DNA from: Candidatus Methylomirabilota bacterium
GTDB lineage: Bacteria > Methylomirabilota > Methylomirabilia > Rokubacteriales > CSP1-6
Direction of reading: 5' to 3'
DNA: 20,390 nt
NCBI GenBank assembly: GCA_046726415.1
Contig: JBKPAK010000048.1
Span: forward strand, 1-20,390
The notes below the pieces were generated by a model, which was not told the DNA's origin, did no database searches, and saw nothing but the letters and a program-made list of their open reading frames with translations. Of the stretch, positions 1 through 7,059 are shown in pieces. Every line of letters starts with the position of its first letter. The stretch's first letter is position 1. The position numbers and the translations under genes were made by a program.

Positions 1-222
1 GGGCTCTCGACGGCCGAGACGGCGGCGGTGGTCGCCATGGTCGAGCGCTTCCCGCGTGCCGTCACCGTGCTGCTGATCGAGCACGACATGGACGTCGCGC
101 TCGCGCTGGCCGAGCGGATCACGGTCCTCCACCAGGGGCGCGTGCTGTCCGAGGGAACGCAGAAGGAGATCCGCGCGGATCCGCGGGTGAAGGAAATCTA
201 TCTGGGCGCCGACGATGCTTGA
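1..222 (+). CDS. livG: Branched-chain amino acid ABC transporter ATP-binding protein, LivG-like, C-terminal part (5'-truncated by the window)
   Basis: Frame open from base 1 (GLSTAETAAVVAMVERF...). H-loop LLIEHDMDV and the typical LivG tail GTQKEIRADPRVKEIYLG. Stop overlaps the start of the livF-like gene. Confidence 0.88.
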   Translation, partial: GLSTAETAAVVAMVERFPRAVTVLLIEHDMDVALALAERITVLHQGRVLSEGTQKEIRADPRVKEIYLGADDA

Positions 223-910
223 GGTGCGCGAGCTCGCGGTCGCGTACGGCGACTCGCTGATCGTCCAAGGCGCCTCCCTGCGCGTCGGCGACCGGCAGAT
301 CGTCGCGGTGCTCGGCCGCAACGGCGTCGGCAAGACGACCTTGCTCCGCGGCATCACCGGGCTCACGCGGGCCTGCGCTGGGCAGGTGACCCTGAACGGC
401 GAGGACATCACGCGACTGTCGCCTCACGCGATCGCCCGGCGGGGCGTGCGCCTCGTCCCCCAGGGCCGGCGCCTCTTCCCATCGCTCGACGTGCGCGAGC
501 ACCTGGTGGTAGGCGCCCGTCCGCGCCCGGGCGCCGGCTGGGACATGACGCGCGTGCTGGCGCTCTTCCCGAGCCTCCGCGAGCGCCTCCACCACCGCGG
601 GACCAAGCTCTCCGGCGGGGAGCAAGGCATGCTGGCCTGCGGGCGGGCGCTCGTCGGCAACCCCGACGTCCTGCTCATGGACGAGCCCTCTGAAGGCCTA
701 GCGCCGCTGCTGATCCGCGAGCTAGGCCGGGTGCTCGCCGATCTCAAGCGGGCGGGCGCGTCCATCCTGCTCGTCGAGCAGAACCTGGCGTTTGCCCTAC
801 GCGTGGCCGACTACGTGTATCTCCTGAGCAAGGGCCGCATCGTCCACGGGTGCGCGCCGGACGCCCTGAGGACGGACGACGCCGTCAAGGCCCGCTATCT
901 CGGCGTGTGA
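215..910 (+). CDS. livF: Branched-chain amino acid ABC transporter ATP-binding protein, LivF-like
   Basis: Walker A GRNGVGKT, Q-loop VPQGRRLF, signature LSGGEQ, Walker B LLMDEPSEGLAP, LLVEQN, and a YLGV end. Confidence 0.93.
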   Translation: MLEVRELAVAYGDSLIVQGASLRVGDRQIVAVLGRNGVGKTTLLRGITGLTRACAGQVTLNGEDITRLSPHAIARRGVRLVPQGRRLFPSLDVREHLVVGARPRPGAGWDMTRVLALFPSLRERLHHRGTKLSGGEQGMLACGRALVGNPDVLLMDEPSEGLAPLLIRELGRVLADLKRAGASILLVEQNLAFALRVADYVYLLSKGRIVHGCAPDALRTDDAVKARYLGV

Positions 911-919
911 ATGAAAGAG

Positions 920-950
920 ATCGGGGGGAGCGAGCGCCGCTCCCCCCGAT
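920..950. repeat. REP-like perfect hairpin between convergent genes; possible terminator or mRNA stabiliser
   Basis: ATCGGGGGGAGCG-agcgc-CGCTCCCCCCGAT: 13-bp stem, 5-nt loop. Related copies at 14628-14657 and 19565-19600. Confidence 0.8.
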
Positions 951-1035
951 ACCCCCCACCGCTATTTTGGCGACGGAGGGGGAGCGTTCACTCCTGCCCC
1001 GCCTCGTCGACTGCTTCTTGCGACTTCAGGCCGGA

Positions 1036-2601
1036 TCACTTTCTCTTCAGCCGGACCTCTTCCAGTGGAGCCGACCAAGGATAGGGATTGATCAGCATCA
1101 GAGCGGGCTCCTCGACCCGTGGCCCGATCCCGCTCGGCCAGAGGAATTCGAAGATGGGCCCGAATCGCACGCGTTCGTGGAGGATCTGCTGGATCTGGTG
1201 CAGCATGGCCTCGCGCTTCTTGCGGTCGGTCTCCAGAGCCTGCTGCTTATAGAGCGCGTCGATATCGGGATAGCCGCCGTACGCATAGGCGCCGTCGCTC
1301 GGCACGATCTCCGACATCCGCGTGGCGGCGTTGCCGTAGAGCCCGCTACCGCAGACGCACACGCCCTTCAGCTTCTTCGTCCCCCATGCCGCAAAGAAGG
1401 CGGCGCGCTCCATCGGCCGCATCCGGAGCTTGATCCCCAGGGCCCCGAGATAGTTCATGACCGCTTCGCCGCGCGCAAAGAACGGAGGGGCGGCATGCAG
1501 CTCGCCGGCATCGAACCCGTTGGGGTAGCCAGCCTCGGCCATCAGTTGCTTGGCCTTCACGGGGTCGTAGGGATACGGCTCGATGTGAAGCGCGAATTCG
1601 AAGGCGCGGGGGATGATGCTCCCCGTGGGCTTCGAGGCCCCCAGCGTTTCCATTTCACTGAGCGCCTGACGGTCGAGAGCATAGTTAGCGGCCAGGCGCA
1701 CCCGCTTGTCGGCCCAGGGCGACTTGGGGTCCCACATGTCGAAGAAATCCAGCATCGTGATCCCGATGCCTCCGGAGAATGCGAGCCTCAGCGTGGGATC
1801 CTTTTGAAGCTCCAGGGCTTGCGGGGCGTCGAGCATGTAGGCGACATCGACTTCTCCCCGCTTGAGCATCGCGGCCCGCGTGGTGGGTTCCGGGACGACC
1901 TTGAAGACGAGCCGCTTGACCGAGGGGACCTTGCGCCAGTATCCCTCGTTGGCCTCCATGACTAGCTCGACCCCTGGCGTGTGGCTCACGAACCGATAGG
2001 GCCCGAGACCGATCGGGTGCTTCTTGAAGCCTTCATCGCCAACCTTCTCGACGTACTTCCTGGGCACGATCCAGCCGGCGCCCGTCGTCAGAGTTCCATA
2101 GAACGCCATGAAATCGGGGAACGGGTCGTGGAGCTGGAACCGCACCCGGTAGGGATCGACGACGGCGATCTCGCGCACCTTCTCCTTGAGAATTTTGGTG
2201 CCCTTGGTGCGCTGGAAGCTGAACTTCACGTCCTCGGCGGTGAAGGGGTCGCCGTTGTGGAACTTTAGCCCTTCGCGCAGCTTGAACTCGTAGACGCGCT
2301 GATCGGCGCTCATCGTCCACGACTCGGCCAGGCTCGGCGACATGAGGTTGCCGGGCATGGGCTTCACGAGCGCATCGTGCATCGCGTAAAGCACCCAGAA
2401 CGGCGTGATCTGGCCCAGGACCTCGGCCGGATCGAACCACTGGGGGGCCAAGGTCACGTAGATCGCCCAGCGCATCTCGCCTTCGGGCTTCGACGGCGAC
2501 GCTGATCGAGGCTGGGCCGCTACCTCTCCGACGGGACCGTAGGCGAGCAGGACGGACAGGAGGCTGGCGGCGGCCGCGGCGAAGCACCGTGCGAGGTCCA
2601 T
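1036..2601 (-). CDS. ABC transporter substrate-binding protein, family 5 (DppA/OppA/NikA-like), 521 aa
   Basis: ATG at 2601 after GAGGGGAGAA. Signal-peptide-like N-terminus (..AAASLLSVLLAYGPVGEVAA/Q). Family motifs PSLAESW, LREGLKFHNGDPFTAEDVKFSF, PIGLGPY, YDPVKAKQLMAEAGYPNGF. Confidence 0.93.
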   Translation of the reverse strand: MDLARCFAAAAASLLSVLLAYGPVGEVAAQPRSASPSKPEGEMRWAIYVTLAPQWFDPAEVLGQITPFWVLYAMHDALVKPMPGNLMSPSLAESWTMSADQRVYEFKLREGLKFHNGDPFTAEDVKFSFQRTKGTKILKEKVREIAVVDPYRVRFQLHDPFPDFMAFYGTLTTGAGWIVPRKYVEKVGDEGFKKHPIGLGPYRFVSHTPGVELVMEANEGYWRKVPSVKRLVFKVVPEPTTRAAMLKRGEVDVAYMLDAPQALELQKDPTLRLAFSGGIGITMLDFFDMWDPKSPWADKRVRLAANYALDRQALSEMETLGASKPTGSIIPRAFEFALHIEPYPYDPVKAKQLMAEAGYPNGFDAGELHAAPPFFARGEAVMNYLGALGIKLRMRPMERAAFFAAWGTKKLKGVCVCGSGLYGNAATRMSEIVPSDGAYAYGGYPDIDALYKQQALETDRKKREAMLHQIQQILHERVRFGPIFEFLWPSGIGPRVEEPALMLINPYPWSAPLEEVRLKRK

Positions 2602-2647
2602 TCTCCCCTCCGCGCTGAAGGGCGATTCGGATAGGCCGGTTGCGCGG

Positions 2648-2676
2648 ACGATAGCCCCACGGCGCGATCCCGTCAA
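2648..2676 (-). promoter_or_regulatory. Putative sigma70 promoter of the SBP gene
   Basis: Minus strand TTGACG-N17-TATCGT, about 46 nt upstream of the ATG at 2601. Confidence 0.65.
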
Positions 2677-2704
2677 TGGCCAATCGGGTCGATGCTGGTG
2701 ATAC

Positions 2705-2910
2705 GTAGAAATGTCATGGGGTAGCTGCTGCTCAGTGAAAATGTCATCCCCTCATGGAGACCACGATCACCATGAGCGGGAAGGAAGCCCCACCGCCAGG
2801 GATACGGCGATCGCTGAATGCGGGGCTCACCACCAATCGGCAGGCGGCCGAGGCCTCCGGTCTGTCGTTTCGCCACGTGCAGCGCCTGAAAAGCCGGTGT
2901 GCGGCGGGGT
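2705..2910 (+). mobile_element. Degenerate IS remnant: subterminal repeats plus the N-terminal HTH stub of an ISNCY/IS1202-like (or IS481-like) transposase
   Basis: AAATGTCAT occurs twice (2709-2717, 2739-2747). From ATG 2754 the frame reads METTITMSGKE...AGLTTNRQAAEASGLSFRHVQRLKSR, resembling the 'TMSxKE...QAAxxLxLSxRQVxRLK' transposase HTH. No DDE domain follows. Confidence 0.65.
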
Positions 2911-2974
2911 CATCGATGCGCGCCCCGGGACAGGCCCACCCATGCCCTTCAGTCGCGCGGCGCGTCCGAACGGC

Positions 2975-4111
2975 TTACCAGAGTTCTTCCGACGCGAGGC
3001 GTGCCCCTTCGACGAGCGAGCGGAGCTTGTGCCACGCGATGTTGGTATCGACCTGGACTCTCCCGGCGAAGGTCCCGAATCCGCAGTCGACGCCCGCGAT
3101 GACGTTCTCCCGGCCGACCGCGCTGGCGTATCGCGCGATCCGTTCCGCCACCAGCTCCGGATGCTCGATGAAGTTGGTGGTGGAGTCGATCACGCCGGCG
3201 ATGAGCACCTTGCCCGGGGGCAGCGCGACGTCCTTCCACACCTTCCACTCGTGCTCATGGCGCGGATTGGCCCCGGCCACCACGAGTCCGCTGGGGCGCC
3301 CCTTGATCACCACATCGACGATGTCCTTGAGGGGCACGTCCCGATGGTGCGGGCCTCCGGTGCTGGCCCAGCAGATGTGCATGCGCATCCGGTCAGGCGG
3401 GATGTCCGCGACAGCGTAATCGAGGACTGCTACATGCATCTCGCACACCTTGCGAAACCCCTCCAGGCTCAGGTGAGCGAACTGGGTGTGCCGGCCGAGG
3501 GCGAGGTCCGGACAGTCCAGCTGGAGGATGAATCCGGCTTGCACGATCGCCTCGTACTCGCGCTTCATCACGTCGGCCAAGGTGTAGAGGTACTTCTCGT
3601 CGTTCGGGTAATACCGGTTTTGAAGAAATCGCCCGATCTGGCCGGGCGACGGCGAGGTCATGAAGACCTCCTCCGCTCGCCCCGCCGTGGCGTCCTTGAG
3701 GTTCTGGATATCCCGCTCCACCGCCGCCCAGTCCTTCCACGCGACGGGGCCAGTGCACGCCGGCCGTTTCTGAAATGGCGGAGCGAACTGCCGAGCCATC
3801 TCCGCCCACTCAGGGAATTCCTCGGCATCGGTGCTGGGCCAGGGCGTGCTCTCACCGGCGAACCCGGTCAGGCGGTCCTTGACATAGATGGTGTAGTCGG
3901 CCCGGCCTTGCTCGCCATCGTTGATGACCGACAGCCCGGCCTCCACCTGCTTCTGCACGACGTCGAATACCGCCGAGCGCGTGCGGTCGTGGAGGGCGGC
4001 GTCGGCGCTGAGCCGGCTCTCTTCCCGATCTCGCAACAGGTCGAGCAGGTCCTTGGGCCGGGGAAGGCTCCCGGTATGCGTCGCGAGAATCCGCTCCGTG
4101 CTCCGCTTCAC
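2975..4111 (-). CDS. Cobalamin-independent methionine synthase II family (MetE-core, zinc-dependent thiol-alkylating fold), 378 aa
   Basis: GTG at 4111 after AGGA. Motifs THTGSLPRP, INDGEQG, LQLDCPDLA, HIC, NPRHEHEW, GVIDSTTNFIEHPELVAERI, DCGFGT. Confidence 0.92.
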   Translation of the reverse strand: MKRSTERILATHTGSLPRPKDLLDLLRDREESRLSADAALHDRTRSAVFDVVQKQVEAGLSVINDGEQGRADYTIYVKDRLTGFAGESTPWPSTDAEEFPEWAEMARQFAPPFQKRPACTGPVAWKDWAAVERDIQNLKDATAGRAEEVFMTSPSPGQIGRFLQNRYYPNDEKYLYTLADVMKREYEAIVQAGFILQLDCPDLALGRHTQFAHLSLEGFRKVCEMHVAVLDYAVADIPPDRMRMHICWASTGGPHHRDVPLKDIVDVVIKGRPSGLVVAGANPRHEHEWKVWKDVALPPGKVLIAGVIDSTTNFIEHPELVAERIARYASAVGRENVIAGVDCGFGTFAGRVQVDTNIAWHKLRSLVEGARLASEELW

Positions 4112-4118
4112 GATGGTC

Positions 4119-4958
4119 CTACGCGAGAAAGGAGCGGACGGCGGCGGCGAAGGCTTCGGGGTGGTCGCCGGGAACAGAGTGACCGGCGCCGGCAATCTCG
4201 ACCAGCCGGCCGTCCGGCAGATTCGCCAGCATCCGCTCGGCGATCTCGGGCGAGAGGATGTCGCTCTCCGCTCCGCGCACGAGTAAGCTGGGGCAGGTGA
4301 TGCAGGCGAGCGGTTCCCATAGATTCATCGCCTCGCGGCGAATGCCCAGGCGCATCGCCTCGCGGATGGCCTTGTCGTACTTCCAGGCGAGCCCGCCGTC
4401 GGCCAGGCGCGTGAGTCCGTGGGTGACCCGCCGGTGCAGCTCGGCCTCGTTATAGCGGGGGTTCGCCCGGCGCACGTACTCGAGGGCTTCGTCCTCCGTG
4501 GCGAAGCGCTCAGGCGCCCCGCCCACCGTGCCGCGGACGCGCTCCATTCCCTCTGGCGCGATGTCGGGGCCGATGTCGACGATGACGAATCGCTCGATGC
4601 GCTCCGGGTGTGTGCCGGCAAACGCGATGGCCACGCGCCCGCCCATCGACAGCCCGAGCAGCGCGAAGCGGCCGAGGCCGAGGTGATCGGCCAACCGCCC
4701 GACGTCGCCGGCCATGGCGCCGACGGAGTAGTCGACGTTGGGCGACCACTGGCTGTCGCCGTGGCCACGCTGGTCAAGCGCGATCACGCGGAAGGTCGGC
4801 TGGAGTGCCGTGGCCAGATAGTCCCAGGTGCGGGCGTGGCCCGTGATGCCGTGCAGCAGCACGAGAGGGCGCGCGGCCGGCGCCCCCCATTCGCAGTAGT
4901 GCAGGGCCAGGCCGTCGAGCTTCACCGTGTGATCGCGGGGCGCGAGATGAGTGATCAT
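4119..4958 (-). CDS. Alpha/beta fold hydrolase, 279 aa
   Basis: LLHG oxyanion motif, DQRGHGDS, nucleophile elbow GLSMGG, acid residue in GAESDIL, catalytic His in GAGHSV. Stop lies 7 nt upstream of the MetE-like start. Confidence 0.92.
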   Translation of the reverse strand: MITHLAPRDHTVKLDGLALHYCEWGAPAARPLVLLHGITGHARTWDYLATALQPTFRVIALDQRGHGDSQWSPNVDYSVGAMAGDVGRLADHLGLGRFALLGLSMGGRVAIAFAGTHPERIERFVIVDIGPDIAPEGMERVRGTVGGAPERFATEDEALEYVRRANPRYNEAELHRRVTHGLTRLADGGLAWKYDKAIREAMRLGIRREAMNLWEPLACITCPSLLVRGAESDILSPEIAERMLANLPDGRLVEIAGAGHSVPGDHPEAFAAAVRSFLA

Positions 4959-4967
4959 CGTTCGGGC

Positions 4968-4996
4968 AGAGTAGGCTGGCGTGCCGTCTTCGTCAA
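4968..4996 (-). promoter_or_regulatory. Putative sigma70 promoter, near-leaderless, for the hydrolase/MetE-like pair
   Basis: Minus strand TTGACG-N17-TACTCT; the -10 box ends 9 nt before the ATG at 4958; no Shine-Dalgarno sequence. Confidence 0.6.
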
Positions 4997-5002
4997 CTGC
5001 CG

Positions 5003-5070
5003 CGGCGGGCTGATGTTGGAGATCCTGCGCCGGCGGGCTGAGTGTTGGAGATCCTGTGACGGCGGGCTGA
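5003..5070. repeat. Tandem direct repeat, about 2.4 copies of a 28-29 bp unit
   Basis: CGGCGGGCTGA(G)TGTTGGAGATCCTG starts at 5003 and 5031; partial CGGCGGGCTGA at 5060. Confidence 0.85.
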
Positions 5071-5108
5071 GGTGCGTGGTCAGCCGATCGACAGGAGGCG
5101 CGCGGGCG

Positions 5109-5590
5109 TCAGGCGGCCGCCGGGGTCTTGTGCAAGCGCCCGTCTGTCATGATCATCAGCAGGGCGTCCTGGTTTTGTAGGAGCTTGATGTCCGCGAGCG
5201 GGTCGCCGTCGACGAGCAAGAGGTCGGCGAGGTAGCCGGGTTTGATTTGACCTGGCCCAGCTCGTACGGGCGGCCCATGATCTCGCCGCCCAATCGGGTG
5301 GCGCCACGAGCGTCTCCATCGGCGTGAAGCCGAGCACGTCGACGAAGAGCAAGAGGTCCCGGGCGTAGGTCCCATGCGGGTTCCACGCGAAGCCATAGTC
5401 GCCGCCGGGCAGGACGCGGATGCCGCGCTGGCGCATCTGGCCCATGGTGTCGACGGAGATCTCCAGCTCGTCCACGAGGCCACGCTCGCGGGCCTTCTCG
5501 GGCGTGAGTCCCCACTCGCTGGCCGCGTGACACCCCTGGTAGGTGAGGCCCAGCGCGGGCACGACGAAGCACCAGTCGCGGTTCGCGGTC
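5109..5590 (-). pseudogene. Amidohydrolase-family (metal-dependent hydrolase) C-terminal remnant with two frameshifts
   Basis: Joined across three frames it reads NRDWCFVVPALG...GIRVLPGGDYGFAWNPHGTYARDL...GFTPMETLVA/ATRLGGEIMGRPYELGQV/KPGYLADLLLVDGDPLADIKLLQ...MIMTDGRLHK. There is a 1-nt deletion near 5302-5305 and a TTTGA duplication at 5241-5250. The N-terminal HxH region is absent. Confidence 0.85.
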
Positions 5591-5610
5591 CGTCTTGCCC
5601 TCGACCGACC

Positions 5611-6555
5611 TCAGTACCACTTGGTTTTGTCGACCACGTTGAGCAGGGGCTCGTTGTTGGCGAAGCGCCGACAGTTCTCGAGCAGAATCTCCTCCCACTT
5701 CTGGCGATACGGCGCGCCGGAGATCGCGACGTGGGGGGTGATGAGCACGTTCGGCATCCCCCAGAGCGGGCTGTCGTCGGGCAGAGGTTCGGGGGCGACC
5801 ACGTCGAGTCCCGCGCCGGCGAGCCGGCCGGACCGCAGGGCGGCAATCAGGTCGGCCGTCACGACACAGCCGCCGCGGGCGATATTGATGAAGTACGCAC
5901 CGCCCTTCATCCGCGAGAAGAACCGCGAATTGAACATACCCAACGTCTCGGGCGTCTCCGGCGTCGTCACGATCACGAAGTCGGCCTCGCCCAAGCGCTC
6001 CTCCAGCTGGTCGGGGGGGAACAGCTCGGTCATGCCAGGCGGCGCCTCGGTCACCCGCGGATCGGCACCGAGCACCCTCATGCCGAGGGCGGCGCAGAGC
6101 TTGCTCGCCTCGCCGCCGGCCCCGCCGACACCGACGATCAGCACCGTCTGGGTCGGCAGGTCGATCATCCCTGGGCCTCGCTTCCACTGCTTCTGGGGGA
6201 GGTAGTGCTCGAAGCGGCGGGCAAAGGCGAGCAAGAACGCCACGGCGTGGGCCGAGAGGTGCTCGTTATAGCTGCCCCGCATGTTCGTCACGACGACACT
6301 GCTCTTCACGAGCGCGTCGTAGAACCAGTCGCCGCCGAGACCGGCGCGGGCGGCGCAGATCCAGCGCAGCTTCTTCGCGCGGGCAAACAGCTCTGGTGGC
6401 ACCGTCCCGTAGGCCGCGTCGGCGTCGGCGATGTCGCCGAGGGCGTCCTTGGGATCCTTGAACGCCTTGGCCACCGCGCCAGGGACGGCCTGGCGGATCT
6501 TCTCCGGCCACGACTCGTTGACATCCGGGGGCAGCAGCACGATCTTGAAGCTCAC
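5611..6555 (-). CDS. D-2-hydroxyacid dehydrogenase family protein, 314 aa
   Basis: GTG at 6555 after AAGGAGAG. Rossmann motif GVGGAG followed by Asp (GADP, suggesting NAD preference). Catalytic motifs INIARG, LDVVAPEPL, TPHVA. Confidence 0.92.
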   Translation of the reverse strand: MSFKIVLLPPDVNESWPEKIRQAVPGAVAKAFKDPKDALGDIADADAAYGTVPPELFARAKKLRWICAARAGLGGDWFYDALVKSSVVVTNMRGSYNEHLSAHAVAFLLAFARRFEHYLPQKQWKRGPGMIDLPTQTVLIVGVGGAGGEASKLCAALGMRVLGADPRVTEAPPGMTELFPPDQLEERLGEADFVIVTTPETPETLGMFNSRFFSRMKGGAYFINIARGGCVVTADLIAALRSGRLAGAGLDVVAPEPLPDDSPLWGMPNVLITPHVAISGAPYRQKWEEILLENCRRFANNEPLLNVVDKTKWY

Positions 6556-6595
6556 GGCATCTCTCCTTGGAGAATCGCTTGTTTGGGCATGGGCC

Positions 6596-6649
6596 ACGGC
6601 GGCACGGAACGCTTCGACTGGCGCCAACGGCGGGCACGGAGCGCTTCGA
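6596..6649. repeat. Imperfect direct repeat pair (22-23 bp) upstream of the dehydrogenase
   Basis: ACGGCGGCACGGAACGCTTCGA (6596-6617) and ACGGCGGGCACGGAGCGCTTCGA (6627-6649). Confidence 0.7.
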
Positions 6650-6750
6650 TCGGCGGGCCACTGCCGGCGCCGTTTCAGCGCTTGTCGAAGGGTACGGACG
6701 TCGCCGGCTCCCCGCCGCCACTGAACGATGGCATCCACGGCCGATAGCGG

Positions 6751-7059
6751 TCAGGGGATCTCGACGTCGAAGAGCGGCGCGTATTGCTGCGAGCCGAAGA
6801 GATCGCTCTCCCCCATGCCGCCGCTCGGGCGGAGCCGGCGGATGGTGAACTTGATCGCCTGAGCCGGTTCGAAGACCACGAAGTCGGTGACGCGGTCCTC
6901 GTCGATGCCGAACAGGCGGGCCACCGCGCTGCGGTTGAGGGCGCCACTGTCGCGCACCCGCTCGAAGTTCACCCGGTCGCGGCAGATGACGTCGAACGTG
7001 ATGTGGTCGACGCCGGCGTTCTTGCTGCGAATGGTCGAGGCGAGCTCGACGAGCTTCAC
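6751..7059 (-). CDS. DUF4387 family small protein (partner of AtuA/DUF1446), 102 aa
   Basis: GTG overlaps the upstream stop (GTGA). Motifs LASTIRSKNAG..ITFD, AIKFTI.R..PSG..GESDLFGSQQYAPL. Confidence 0.88.
   Translation of the reverse strand: MKLVELASTIRSKNAGVDHITFDVICRDRVNFERVRDSGALNRSAVARLFGIDEDRVTDFVVFEPAQAIKFTIRRLRPSGGMGESDLFGSQQYAPLFDVEIP

Noticed and set aside
850-1965. Long antisense or alternative-frame ORFs (850-1965, 2711-4300, 5374-6747, 7263-8438, 9086-10246, 11052-12101, 16191-17558, 18555-19499 and others)
   Set aside because: They shadow well-supported genes, have no family motifs, and are expected from stop-codon scarcity in high-GC DNA.
2602-2676. N-terminal extensions in the ORF track (starts at 2676, 4195, 6738, 7155, 8729, 12470, 14550, 15662, 16314, 18438, 18486)
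   Set aside because: Downstream starts have SD sequences or stop/start coupling and coincide with the start of family homology; the extensions overlap promoters or other genes.
2754-3419. A 221-aa intact transposase
   Set aside because: Only the first roughly 50 aa look transposase-like; the remainder is antisense to the MetE-like gene and has no DDE motif.
5003-5070. Possible mini CRISPR array
   Set aside because: The units are contiguous, without unique spacers of about 30 nt, and there are no cas genes in the window.
5241-5305. Programmed frameshifting in the amidohydrolase
   Set aside because: Two independent lesions plus loss of the N-terminal metal-binding half fit decay, and there is no slippery heptamer.
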